Below, piece by piece: positions 32,656-47,375 of a stretch of 64,000 bases of DNA. The notes below the pieces were generated by a model. It ran no database searches. It was given only the letters and a program-made list of their open reading frames with translations, and was not told the origin of the DNA. Numbering within the stretch: position 1 is the stretch's first letter; each line of letters opens with the position of its first letter. Both the position numbers and the translations under genes were made by a program. Origin of the DNA: Cirrosporium novae-zelandiae (Eukaryota); NCBI GenBank assembly GCA_026023565.1, contig JAPETS010000057.1, positions 62,001 through 126,000 of the forward strand, given 5' to 3'.

Positions 32656-34645
32656 TCAATTCCTCCACCACGTCCCATTCCCCGTATAATTCCCCGTCTG
32701 CGTAGTAAAGTCCCCCTCCTGACTCAAACTCCCAATTCTCCCCAACATAAACTCCATCATCCGATACGCCGCCGAAGGCTGATACTGTGGCACCATATGT
32801 CCCGAAAGCTCGACCTGAACATACGTGAGGCCGCGTTCGGTATGTGCAATACCCATATCACCGGCACCCGCTAAGGTGCTATCGCTCCAGTCGATATGGT
32901 AGGGGACGAAGAAATTCTCGGTGGGTTTTGATTCGAAGCCGAGGACACCGTTCCAGGTCATGTTTTGGATCATGAGAAGGGTGCCGTTGGCGATGAGGAT
33001 GAAGTCGGCGATTCCGTGGCCGATGATGGTGTGGTTTGCGCGCTCGATGACGGAGGGGAGGATCGAGAGGCCGGACGGGTTGCTGTTGTCCCCGTTTGGG
33101 AAGACGTCGATGGAGGTGCATTCGGACCATTCCATTTGTGGGGCGTTGATCGCAGATTGGACGTCTGAGCGGTTGAAGTAGATGGTGGCGCCTTCGGGGA
33201 CGTAGTCGAAGGAGCCTGGGAAGCCGAGTACGTCCCAGAGAACCGGGCAGTATGTCATGATGTTGTAGATGTTGAAGCAGGGGTTTATTTCGGTGATAGC
33301 GTAGTAGATGGTGTCCCAGAGGTCGCAGCCTGAGACCACTTCGGGAGGGTCGGGCATCACGCCCTTTGCGGGCCACACGAGATATTCGTTCCAGAAATCC
33401 GTGTAGCCGCACGAGTCGGCACGCTCGTGAAGTTCTGCGGAAAAGGAGTCGTTGAAAGGCATCAGGGTGCTCCAGTAATCGGCGAATGGAACTGCAGGCA
33501 TTTCTTGCTGCACCGAATCCGAGGATGTGCTGGGGTCGTATATCATGATACTATTCAGATTGTAGTATGTTGTGTCGTTGGATTCCAGCATGTAGTAAGC
33601 AATGTAGGGCACGTAGTAGCCCGCATAGCTTTCACCAGTAATGAATACTTTGCGACCATGGAGTCCAAAAGTATCAACAAAATTTTTGAAGAAGCCCATG
33701 AATTGCTCTGCCACATCCTTTTCATTCTGAGCTGTTGGTGTCCCCTGAGAGAATCCAGTACCAACTCTGCATGACTACTGTCAGTATTCTAGAGTGGTTA
33801 TGCTTTTACCAGATTTGCAACGTACGGTTGTTCAACCCATACCATATTGGTCAAGTTCACCCATGTATAAGGATTTTGGACTAAAAATTCATCAATCGTT
33901 TACTATTGTTTACACTTGAATTAGTACAAACCTGGCTTGTACGTTCCTGGCTGCCAAATGAATGGGCCATTCTCCTGAAGGAGACCTTCCAAGGAGGAGC
34001 ATCCTAAAAGCATAGTTAGATACCATGCCAGAAAGAGATTTGCAGTTTAATGCAGTTTATCAACATGCTAGTCCCAGAATACCAATTGACGTAATTCGTG
34101 GCAAACGAATATCGGATCAAAAGATGCAAGATATTGTCATCACGCAGCCTACAATGGGACTGGGACTTCTAGTATTCACGAGGCCAAAATCAAAAAAAAA
34201 AAAAAAAAGAAACTAACCCGGGCCACCATTCAACCAAATAGTGATTTCATCTCCAGCAAGCTCGTTCTCAGACGGAAAAAACCAAAAATATAATTCACGA
34301 GTCTCATTAGCCGCAGAAGTAATGGGCATAAGTCCAGCGTAAGACTCTCCGATATCGAAATCGACGTCTGGAATAGCGGTTCCATTAACAACATACTCTA
34401 AAGTAATATATTAGCGAATTTCTAGAGCCAATTGACAAAACATTCAAGCTGATCGTACTGGTGGTGTTTGCATTCAAGTATGAATATTCGGAAACACGTT
34501 TAACTGGTTGATGGGAATTCACAGAAGAGTATTCTCTTGTCCTCAATGCAGGCCTTGGGGGAAGCCTCTTGCCCACATGCTGGGAGCTCCTCGCAGAGAC
34601 CAAACAAATAGAGGAAAGGAATGTGAAAAGAGCTTGGGAACGCAT
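32656..34645 (-). CDS. Secreted serine carboxypeptidase (family S10, CpdS/PepF-like); multi-exon
   Basis: Signal peptide [51 protein letters not shown] (Ser), GIADFIL (Asp), LSGHMVPQY (His). Confidence 0.93.
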
Positions 34646-34923
34646 CTTTTCAGATTAACAGAGAGCCAATTACTGTGCACTCAAGTTACCCAAGTTTGGA
34701 ATTGGTCGAAGAGACTGACATCTCGGTAGCTGGGAGAAGATGGATTTTATTGAGATCAGGCTATGGGACCTATAGGACCAAGATGGATACGACGCTGGGA
34801 TCCATCTCCAATGTTCATGCAAGGACTTGTCTGTGTTGATACAAGCTTTCTGGGAAACTAGGAAATCATTGTCCAAGCAAGGTATGAGATACGGTACCCG
34901 GCAATATCTAGGTACCTGATCGG

Positions 34924-34946
34924 TAATTAATTAATTAATTAATTAA
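34924..34946. repeat. (TAAT)n self-complementary tract
   Basis: taattaattaattaattaattaa; 34927-34946 is a perfect 20-bp palindrome. Confidence 0.9.
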
Positions 34947-35370
34947 CTGCAGGAAACAGCTCCTTCCTAATTGTGAGCTTGATAAGATGCAAGATTTTGA
35001 CTTGGATGTTTTAAACACTTGCTAGCATTTTAGTGGAACATCGTATTCTTAAGACAAATATCGTTAGTAACCTGTTAAAGATAACGGCTAACGCCTCCCC
35101 CCCCTTGGACCCATCATCTGCACAGTGCACATGCACGGGTAAAGCTAATTTTCATAAGCGGGTATGCCTTCACGTAACCCGGTTACATACACACATACAC
35201 ACATACACACATACACACATCCCTCGCCAGGATACTAGATCTATGGTCTATTCAATCGATTCTAACAAACTTCATGTTATTGACTAATCTAATTGCTCTA
35301 GTATTGACACATCATATTTATCGATGCTCGTCAGCATTCTCTCAACCTTTCACCATCTCCATCTAACATC

Positions 35371-37325
35371 CTATCCGATCCACCTGTGCGTGTGAAGTGA
35401 CCTTCTCGCTCCACCATATGACCTTCTGTGCTTGCTAGTTGAAGAAGACCCATATTCCAAGGCCAAGTTAACAAGCTCCTTGAATTTAGGGGTGCCCCAA
35501 CCCGTCACTGGATCCCACCCTTCAGTGGCATTCCAGCTCGCATGGGGTACATAACGGCCTGCCAAACCGGAAGAACTGTCCGTTCCTGTACAGCCGGTCG
35601 ATCCTCCGTGGACAATGTCCGTCAGGCCGTCTTTCCCATACTGATAAATCCATGGGTTAAGAAAGCCTAAGGGACTTTTGCCATTCGCAATCAGGACGCT
35701 GTTGACATCCGAGATAATTGCTGCAAACGTAGGGGAAGAACAGCTAAAGATCCAAAATTAGCGTTCAGAAAGTTATAGGGGTCATCTTAGACACACCTTG
35801 TTCCTCCAACCCTATCAACAGTGGTACCATCATCTTCCACCACGGAAAAGTTATAGGCCTGAGCTGCAACATCCGGAAAGCCCCTTCCACTAGGGTTATA
35901 TAGACCATCCCATTGATCCCCAAGGATTTCGAGATAAGCGCTGACCGATTCGTTTTGCCATGAAGGACGGGACCAATACTCCGAGAACCCACCAGACGAA
36001 AACGAGATGGCACGCTCTGGTTCCACGTGGTAAGTACCTCCAACAGAGGTTACATAGGGACAAGAAGCTGGGAAGACGGGCAAGAATGCCGTTTTGTTGC
36101 TTCCATCATTCTTCAAACATCCCTCACCCACACCACTGTCGCCACTTGAAAATAGGACCGAGACCCCACGGGCTCCCAGTTGCGCAAAGAGGCTGCAGGT
36201 GGACTTGGCGTAAGATTCTGGCACACTTTGTTCATCTTCTCCATAGGAAGTAGTTAGTGTGGTTGGCAATTCATCATCATCAAGAGCAAGCACATAATGC
36301 AAAAATTCAAGGTAAGGCTCATTTTCATTGTCAGCCTGAGTAGGCTGGTCGAGGTCAGGAACAAGCTCGCCAAGACCGGCTGTACTGTAATAGGTGACCG
36401 GGGCTGGATAAGACAAAGATAACCCGTACTGCATGTCCAGATTAGCCTCGACGTCATCCTGACTCGAATCTTGCGTCAAAAGTCCTCCATTAATGGATAC
36501 CCAGCTGAAGTTGCTTCCCACAGCGTAAGGAGCATACTCTTCCAAGAATACTTCTAGGTCATCATACTTGGCCCACTCATCAAGATAGCCACAGATTCCC
36601 AACGTATTGCTAATGTTCGTTGGTTGAGTGAAATTGTCTAACCCATAGAGCGCTCTGAGACAGGATGGAGTGATTGTTGTGTTGCAAAAAGTCGCATCGA
36701 GAACACAATCGTCGGTTTGATCTTTTACATGTGTGCTGTCACTGTCTAACTTGAAATGGTCGAGAACCAGGGATCTTTGGGGGCGTATCTGACCAAATCG
36801 TATTGTTGGCTGAATCATTTGAATGTACTTGTGTAATTTTTGGGGGACCGAATATTCAAGAGTTCTCATAAGAGTAACATCATTGCTCTGATAATTGTAG
36901 AATCTCGTATTCATAATCCTCTCTGCATCGGCCACGGAGGCATAGAAATTAATCCAATCGCCGTCATCTTCGATATCCCTTGCTGGAATACCCTCATCGC
37001 TCAGCCAGCCAATGATAGCTTCAGTGGCACTAGCGGATGGACGGAGCATTGATTTCAGCTCCGTTTTTGAGAGATGCTGGCCATATTTTGGATGGTTTGG
37101 GGTGGAAATGTCGAGAACAAGCTGTTCGAACAGAGCTTCGTGTTCATTCTTGATAGCAATCCTGAAACGAAGACGTCGAGTTGGAGATGGGACAGAAACT
37201 TGTTTCCATCCTGGGGGAACGGTTGCTAGGCGTTCAAAGATTTGGAGGTCAATTGCTTGGGCGCAGACAAGTGCACAAGCCACGACGCCCAAGAGGAAGG
37301 TGAAAGATCGCATATCTAGAGACAT
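35371..37325 (-). CDS. Sedolisin-family (S53) tripeptidyl-peptidase with prodomain; 2 exons
   Basis: Signal peptide, prodomain (ISTPNHPKYGQHLS), EANLD, SYGEDEQ, SSGDSG, GRGFPDVAAQ, GGTS split by an intron at about 35745-35794, LGFLNPWIY, GWDPVTGWGTP. Confidence 0.95.
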
Positions 37326-38524
37326 GTTAACTGCATTCCTGAAGGCTTGAGAAGTCCTGCTTCTCAATTGAACGCCAAACCACTCACTGACTCGAACTCG
37401 AACAGAGACTAGAACAGATGACAGTAAATATGTAGGATCTACCTGTCAAGGGTTGGGCTAAGAGAGAAGTCCTATAGAAATGACTGAATGATTGAAAAAC
37501 AGACAAAAGAATGAATGAATATTGAGCCAAAGCTCAATTGAAACCACTGAAATTAGTGAGCGACTGAACTTCTTCTCTTCTGCCCTTGTTGGTTGGGAAA
37601 AGATATTAGCAGAGATCAAGGGAAAGAGAGGTATTTCAATGATTTGGTGCATTGCTTTCCTCTTTCACATGGCACATGGCTTATGTCTTACCTCAAGGTA
37701 TCCTGGCTTATTCTAGAAACAATAAATAATAACAAAAGATACTATGCCACGGCAAACCAGGTCGGCAGCCACCAACCGCCATGCTATTGCCTGAAGGGTG
37801 GAATGCATAGCTATCTCATGCGTATTAGTCTGGGATTGTGCATACGCGGGGGCTCCCTCCTATGCAAACAATGAAATTAAATGCAGATCTTATTATTTCA
37901 ATTGATAGGCTTGGACTCGATCACAATGAAACCGATCTAACGGCTGGACGGGAGAGCTACAGATAAGAGGTCGAGCCAAGACATATCAAACTGGTAATAT
38001 GTGAAGTAAACCCTCTTTGAAACGTAGGAGATAATAACGAGAGCTCAGTTAGGAGAATTGCTTGTGAAGCAAGGACCGAGGCCGACAAATCCCGTCATTC
38101 TCATTGGAGGAGAAAAAAAAACCAATAGTCCAATGACTTATGTTACACTCTGCTAGCCCATGAAAGAGAGAAAAAGAAAAAGAAAATATTAATTTCAACG
38201 TTTGATATTGATATATTTTGCCCATGCAAATATTTCATGTTTCGTGTAGGTGTGGATCCTCCCCAGCGGGCCAGGGAGGAAAGGTACGATAAGGCCGAGG
38301 GAGAAGAAGACTGATACCACGGTGACCAATCACTAGCGCTCTTGGGAATCGAACTCAACCTGGTATTGATGGCATTCGACACGAGGGGCACAATGCCGTG
38401 ACAACTAACTAATCTAGGCTGTCTCCGAATAGAATATCAAGTTCCTCTTTGAGCAACCATCGCCGATGGACAATATATCAATATCTCAAATACTCAAACT
38501 ATTATCCATTGGCGGCGACTCCCT

Positions 38525-39230
38525 TATTCACCTTTTTGCACGAGTCCAGTTCTCAGCAACGAAGACTACTCCATCTCCTCTTCATCATGAGGCTGCAAGC
38601 TATTTTCCTCTGATGACTTTACTGCCTCCTTGCCTCCTTTCCAGACCTCCTCCTAAGCCGCAACACCTCGCTTTAGCGATTCTGGCCATCTGACCATTTG
38701 GCCTCTATTGCTTGCATCTGCTGGAAGAAGGTGGCCGCATCTAGAACGGTGTTGTTGAGACCTTGCCCATGATCTAATGCTAACATCAGGTCATGAATCT
38801 CTTAATAAAGCTGTGCGAGGAAGAATATATATATACATACGGAAAGTTATGGGATGCGCAGCATCTCCAGCCAAAGTAATGGTACTGTTATGATTATCCC
38901 ATGGCTGGGTTGGCCAGTTAGTCAACATGCCGTGCCAGACTGAAGCAGTTTCAGGAACAGCTTTTAGAATCGAGCGAAAGGGTTCCGCAAAATTCTCTGC
39001 CCGCTGCTTGAGGTCTTTTATAGCGTCTGAATCTGACAACGCTGATGATGTCTAATTTGCTTTCCATGGCATCAACACCATAAACCCCCACTTCTCCAGG
39101 TTATCGAACATTGTACAGTCATGGACTACACATATCAGCCAACATCGAAAATTTTTCACACTGAAATATTTCCAAGGATATCCCACTTACCTCCTATCCA
39201 GAGGAAATCAGGCTTGAGCACTACACTATC
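38525..39230 (-). pseudogene. Relic of an FAD-dependent monooxygenase (C-terminal half)
   Basis: FAEPFRSIL, WPTQPWDNHNSTITLAGDAAHPITF, intron, HGQGLNNTVLDA (GD motif), followed by in-frame stops or frameshift; no N-terminal GxGxxG exon found before the MAPK 3' end. Confidence 0.7.
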
Positions 39231-39858
39231 ACTTATCGGTAAATATCCCCGGAGTTTTCAACCCTTGAATAATTTTTTTGTGAAACCCTACTAGCTTCAC
39301 CTCAGATAAGGCTCTCTTGAGGTCATGGGGACGTTGAACAAGGAAGAATTTCTTGTATAACATTGAATTTTCATGGAACTAGCTGGCCAGTTTGTGGGGG
39401 GGAAGGGATTAGATTTCATCATCTTTCACATCATAGGTCGCAATACATTATTATCCCGTGATCACCAGCAAACAAACACACGACTTACTGGTTCTCGCTC
39501 AACAAGAAAAAAAAAAGACAGGAAAAATTCTCTATCATAATCTCCCCAAATTTCATCGTCATTGGTCTCAACGAATCCCACGGCCGATCAAGGTGTCTAG
39601 ACGGTAATAGGAAACACCTTGACCAAGTATATTGCTTGTAGCTCATCACCAACTTCTTCCTAAACATGGACCCTAAAACAGACAATATGACTTTTATACT
39701 AGGAAATGTCGATTGCTTCCTTCTTCGTAGTATGTTTCGTCAACAGGCAGATAGCAAACAGGTGGATTGACGGTAGCGACTAGATAGTCGCCCTAAGTTC
39801 ATATGTTTGACTCCACACAAGGCTGTAGATGTGCACGATGCCGGTTCTGCTTCCATCA

Positions 39859-41405
<1,547 letters not shown>

Positions 41406-42090
41406 GGCGACGTAGTGAATGCGGAGAAGGTTGGAGACGAGTTGTGGATTAAGGTTGACGATCCGGGGTAATGGATGTTAAATAGTTATTTGATCTATTT
41501 GAATTCAGGATGGGTGATGTTGTATCACAGTTGTATGACAGAGGTGGTGAATGGCTAGGTTGGTTCACGTGTGCGATAAGTAAAAGCGATTGACTGCGGG
41601 GTGAGGTTCAAATATCAGCGCAAATCCCGATCAACAGGATCAAATCAGAGCTGAGGTCAATGAACGAAGGTCGAGGTTATAAGAGAGTAGTAGTAAGCCT
41701 CGGTGTATGAGAAGAGAAATTTACGGTGGCCTTTTGGTGGTCAGAAAGAACAAGGAATAGTGAAGCATAAAATCAGCTTTTTTTTTATTTTTTTTGCAAT
41801 CCTTAAGATGGGAAGATTTGAGGAGGGGTTGTGGTGTTAGATGTGTTTAGTAGGGGGGTGGGTAGGTAAGTGTAGGTAAGTAGTTGATGCCCAGCTGAAG
41901 TGAATGCAAATGCCAAAGGACCCAACTACTCGAGGGATGGTAGAGGGGCCAAAGAGACCATGGGAAGGGCCATGGGTCGGGATTCAAAGGTTCAAAGGCA
42001 CAAAAAAGACATACAAAGTACAAAAAAGGTACCATGGTAGGGAAAAGTAACAAAAGTAACAAAAGTAGCTCAATTAACCCCCACTAATAA

Positions 42091-42182
42091 CCCACTATGC
42101 CCACCATGCCCACCATGCCCACCCATGCCCACCCATGCCCACAGCCCATAGCGCCCACAGCGCCCACCGACGCCCACCCATG
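42091..42182. repeat. 9-10-bp tandem repeat (ATGCCCACC/GCGCCCAC) upstream of the MAPK gene
   Basis: Eight GCCCAC cores and one GCCCAT in about 90 bp. Confidence 0.85.
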
Positions 42183-42954
42183 TTCACCCTTGTCCACATG
42201 CCTTTCATTCTCCTTAATTTTTAAAATTCCCTTTCAGCTCCGTAGGGCAGTCAATTCATTCAATCCTCACTGGTTAATTCTGTTGATTCTTACTCGCTCT
42301 CGCTGATTCTCACCCATTCCTACTGGTCAACTTGGTCAATTAAAAACGACGACTTATGAAGAAACCATCAATCCATTCGCCATCATCAAACTTCGGCGCC
42401 TATTTGAAACCATCTCTTCAGCTCCCTTCAACCGATTATTTTGGACCCATCAACACCATCACACTATTCATAAATTATTCACATCACTCATTCACCAATC
42501 CTATCACAAATATCCCTTCTTAATTATTTACTCCTAAGCTATCTCTAGTCCATCAAAATTTCTATGCAATTCTACTCATTGATAGGCTTATTCTTATGAT
42601 GATGATTCAAAGTCTATGGTTCGCATGTTGCCTGTGGCCTTTGGCCGACCTACTGATAGGCCTATCCATGTGGCCTATGTGGCCTATGTGAGACATATAA
42701 CTTCCCAACATCAGCATCTGCCCTATATCAACGCATCTGGCTTTCAACGCATCCATGACACGGCCCGAGCCGGTCCTGGCGAGGTACACCCAACGTATTC
42801 GGGACAGGAAACCCCCTGACTATAGATCTGGAATTTTGGATCTTTGGGACTACTTCTGAGTGAAATTGTGTTTTTGCAAATTAAACCTCTATTGCTGCCC
42901 TATAGAAAGTCCAAGTCTATTGCTCTCAAAGAAAGGGGCAGAGGAGCAATTCTA

Positions 42955-44890
42955 TCAAGCGGGAAAAGCGGCTCCGTCGCCTCTTGGATCGCTTCCCGCA
43001 CTGGAAACGTATTTCCCATCTTCTATTCTGCATCGGATCACCTGTCCTCGTCCAAACATGCCTCTAGAGTACCCCTTAAGAATCTCAACTTGGTGCCCCA
43101 ACTTCTTCAGCTCTGAAGCCACATCCTCACTAATGCCTTCCTCGAGATAGACGGTGCGATCAGATGTGCTTGCACTAATGCAGAATCTAGGTGCATCAAG
43201 GGCAGTTTGTGGGTCGTGTTTGAAAGCGAGCATGTTTAGCAAAACTTGAACATGACCTTGCGGTTGCATAAACCCTCCCATAACGCCATAAACGGAGTGC
43301 AGGCTTCCGTCGCTAGGATTGGTGATGAGAGCAGGAATGATAGTATGATAGGGTCTCTTTTTTGGAGCTAGAACATTCGGATGGCCCTTTTGTAATGAAA
43401 AATTTGACCCTCTGTTCTGGAGTGTGAATCCACAGCCTTTGGGGATGATATGGGTTCCAAAGCCCGAATAATTACTGTTTATGAATGATGCTCCGTTTCC
43501 CCATTTGTCGGTGACCGCAAAATATACCGTGTCGCAGTGGTTAAATGCCGGAGAGCCGTGATATAGGACATCAGATGCCTTTTTAGGATCAAACAGTTTG
43601 GCACGCCCAGCAAGGTATGCTTTTGAGATCATCTCCTTGACAGGAACCTTTTCGACGTCGGGATCCGTCACCCACCAAGTTGCATCCGCAAACGATATGC
43701 GAAGAGCTTCTATCAGAGCATGAAGATACTCGGCGCAATTATGCTCCTTCAATTCAAATTTTCGAATTTTCTCAGTTCTTTCTAGTTCCTCAATGATGCC
43801 GAGAGCCATAAGAGCAACAATTCCTTGGCCATTTGGAGGATGTTCCCAAAGTTCTACAGTATCCGATTGACTGTCCTTACCCACTTCCCGAGCATCAAAT
43901 TTTAGTGAAATAGCATCACCTATTTGGCTGCTTATATTTTCGTGGGTTTTCAAATCTTCCAAAGAGATGTGGCCCCCTAGATCTTGGCACACTTTGACAA
44001 CTGCTTCGGCTACAGACCCTTCATAGAACCCTTTCTTTCCATGCTTTGCTAACAGTCTGAAAGTGTGCGCCAACGTTGGGTTTTTCATAATTTCTCCTGG
44101 CCTTGCTGCCCGTACACCATCTTTTGCTTCAGGATCGCTCTTGAGCATCTCACGGAAATTCGGTGATGCATCTCTAAGCCTTTGCTCACCTTGGTGCCAC
44201 TGATCACCAATTAGTAATTGGGATCTATGAGATATTTGCTTTGGAAATAAAACATACAAACAAGGATGCTAACTCGGAAACTGGAAACCCTTCTTCGCCG
44301 AGTTCAATCGCGGGCTGGAGTATATCTTTCATTGATACTGTCCCGCTACCAAACCTCTCCACTGTATCTACCCAGCCAGCAGCTGCACCGGGAGTAGTAA
44401 CAGCGTGAACACTAAGATTGGGTATTTTAGCATCCTCATTAGCGTTAAGGCCAAGAGCATTGCGTATTCCTTCCAGAGTAGCACTAGCAGGATAACGCCC
44501 AGATCCATTAACTGCATGAACCTTTTTGTTTTTTGCTTCATAGAATAAGCAAAACATGTCTCCTCCGATACCGGTTGAGGACGGTTCGGTCATGTTGAGG
44601 CCAGCGGCTTCCTTGAAGTCAGCGCGGAATTGAGATTTATTTGAATATAACTAACCGACAGCTACAGCTGCATCCTATATCGGTCAATGGGGAATTCCAA
44701 GTGATGGAAATTACTAAACACTAACAGCAGCATTTCCTCCAGCTCGTAGAATTCTCTGGCCAGCCTCAGCAGCCAATGGCTGCGTACAAGCAACAATGCC
44801 ATTGATGCTGTGAACAACACTCCTTCGACTTGGAAAAGGTACAAAGTCGTGTTCAGGTACTGGATATGGATATTTTGTAGAAGACGACAT
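42955..44890 (-). CDS. Gamma-glutamyltransferase-family Ntn hydrolase (soluble, bacterial-like subtype); 4 exons
   Basis: FPSRRSVVHS...QPLAAEAG...[30 protein letters not shown]; autocleavage Thr in CDTVYFAVTDKWGNGASFINSNY; KRPYHTIIP, GVMGGFMQPQGH, GSDPRGDG. No N-terminal membrane anchor. Confidence 0.92.
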
Positions 44891-45445
44891 GATTGTTCTA
44901 GGAAATTTAGAGAAGAGTGGGGTCTTGAACTAGAGGTGCGGGGTTTGTTTATCTTGATAATTGTGTAAAATGGAGATGTGAAACGGGAACAATGTGGGTT
45001 GGGACCCAACTGATAAATATACTCCCTAATCCACCATCTATCTTGCTGCTAATCCTCCGAGGTGAATTGGTAATAGCCCCTTGTCTTCATCATGGTAATT
45101 AAGTCTTGTGATTTCGGCTCATCTACATGATAGTGAATAATAAATGGTGTCCCCCTACCAGGATAGATGGTTAAACCCGTAAGATCCGCAAGATCCGCTA
45201 ATCGAGTCAGAAGGCCCTGGCAAGCATAAAGTGTTGAGCTAGGCTATATAAGGTAGCTACATAAAATTACAGTTTATGCATATCATCCATCATCATCGAG
45301 CTCCAACTTTGTAGTGAGTGCACTTCGTACAAGCTTGAGCCTTAACTTTGAAAAACATCACCACGTTTCCCGACCACTAATTTAAGCTCACTGCTCATAC
45401 TACTCTCTTCACCTCCTCACCCATTGTTAGAACCTAGCTGCCACC

Positions 45446-46340
45446 ATGTCTAAAGAAGAAAGAGAACTCACTCAGATCCTCCATCAACTCAAACAGTCCC
45501 TCCAATCCCACAATTACAAGAATTCACAAACTCTTCTCTCCCGTGCCAAAATCATCCTCCTACACCTAAACGCTCTTGTGCCCGACTCAAAAACCTCCCG
45601 CGCGTTGCTCATCCTAGGCCGCGAGACTCTGGAAATCGGCGCTTTAATATCTATCCGTCTAAAGGATCCCGAGGCTTTTACCAGATACTTCTTGCAACTA
45701 CAACCTTTCTACGATGTCCCTGATTTGCGTCTGCCAAAAGACACCAGCCAGAAGAGTAAGGTGACGGGGTTATATCTGCTGCTGCTGCTTAGTCAGGGCG
45801 ACTATGCTGGATTCCACACGGTGCTGGAGAGCCTGGAATTGACGGAGAAGAAAAGAATCGAGGAGGATAGATATATCGAGTATCCCATCTCACTGGAAAG
45901 AAGTTTGATGGAGGGCAGCTATGACAAGGTATGGAGGAGTACAAAGAGCGAAAGCGTACCGAGCGAGGAATTTGGACTTTTCTCTGAAGTAAGACTCTCA
46001 AAATATATATACCTATCATTCCCTCATATATCCCACAAGGACCCTATCCACTAACAAAACCCAGGTCCTAGTCGGCACGATCCGCTCCGAAATCGCCTCC
46101 TGCTCCGAAAAAGCCTACCCCTCCCTCCCCATCACCAACGCCAAAAACCTCCTCTACCTCGACAGCGAAGGCGCTGTCATCGAGTTCGCTCAGGAACGCG
46201 GCTGGGTCGTCAAGGATGGTCGAATATACTTCCCCGAACAACAGGAAGGTAAAGCTTCTGAGAGGGATATCCTGGTTGCGAGCGGACAGGTCATTGAAAA
46301 TACTATTGGATATGCTAGGGAATTGGAGACGATTGTTTAG
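45446..46340 (+). CDS. RPN12: 26S proteasome lid subunit Rpn12; 2 exons
   Basis: RETLEIGALISIR, FTRYFLQLQPFY, GLYLLLLLSQGDYAGFHTVLE, LERSLMEGSYDKVW, TIRSEIASCSEKAY, GYARELETIV*. Confidence 0.95.
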
Positions 46341-46578
46341 ATTTTTGTTGGTTGGGGGGAGAGGGGGAGAGGGGAGGTATAGAGTATACATGAGCAAGGG
46401 AGGGGACCGCCGAGTTCTCTCTCTCTCTCGGGAAAGATGATAGAGTGGAAAGAGAGAGAGAGAGAGAGATGGCGTTGGATGTGCGTGCATGCGTGCGGTA
46501 TTGTTCTTTTATAATAGTTCGATATCGCAAAAGATAATAAAATCCTCTGGGGGAGAGGAGGGTTTCTATTTTGCATCC

Positions 46579-46635
46579 CCAATCCAATCCAATCCAATCC
46601 AATCCAATCCAAATCCAATCCAAATCCAATCCAAA
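46579..46635. repeat. (CCAAT)n/(CCAAAT) microsatellite
   Basis: ccaatccaatccaatccaatccaatccaatccaaatccaatccaaatccaatccaaat read directly. Confidence 0.9.
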
Positions 46636-47375
46636 TACAATAACAATTTTGCCCCCAAGGAACCTTTTCAACCCCCCCCCTTCCCTTCTCTGAGAATCGA
46701 GACAGCTACAGCTACAGCTACAGCCACGCAGGCACACGAGATAGTCTATCTCCTTCTATCTTTCTGCATTATAATACTACTAAACACTGAACCCTAGCCC
46801 GGCCCGGCCCACCTCCCATAATAATTACAAGATGATATCGACATCCCATACCTAGCTAGACCTAGCTGGATCGTCCCCCCCGATTTCAATTTAAATAAAT
46901 AAATATATATATGGGGTTATGGCTGTGTAGCTAGGTTATTATATGTTATAGCCTATATCCTAAATACATTTTGCTGACTAGCTGGGGAAAAAAAAACATG
47001 GAGAGTTTAAGAGATAGACTAGGAGATGGAAACTTGCCTCATCTCATTGAGGATTGCAAGAAAAAATATAGATAGATATAGATATAGATATATGTAACCC
47101 GAAAAAAAAGTCTTAATTATGTATGTATGTATGTTAGGGAATAAAAAGAGCGTGGTTAAAGAAAGCCTTTTTTCTCTCTCTGGTATTTCATAGTGGTGAT
47201 GGTTTGTAACATATCCATATCCATATCCATATCCACATCCACATTCTCATCCATATACATATATTCCTCTCTCTCTCTCTCTCTCATAATATCCACCACT
47301 TCAACCCATTCACCCCATATATGTATCCATGTATGTGTATATGTTTCCCCTCTTCTCACCCCCCCATGGTTTATA

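Noticed and set aside
46315..46797. Overlapping 93-140 aa ORFs after RPN12
   Set aside because: Translations of CCAAT, GA and ACAGCT repeats; no protein-like features.
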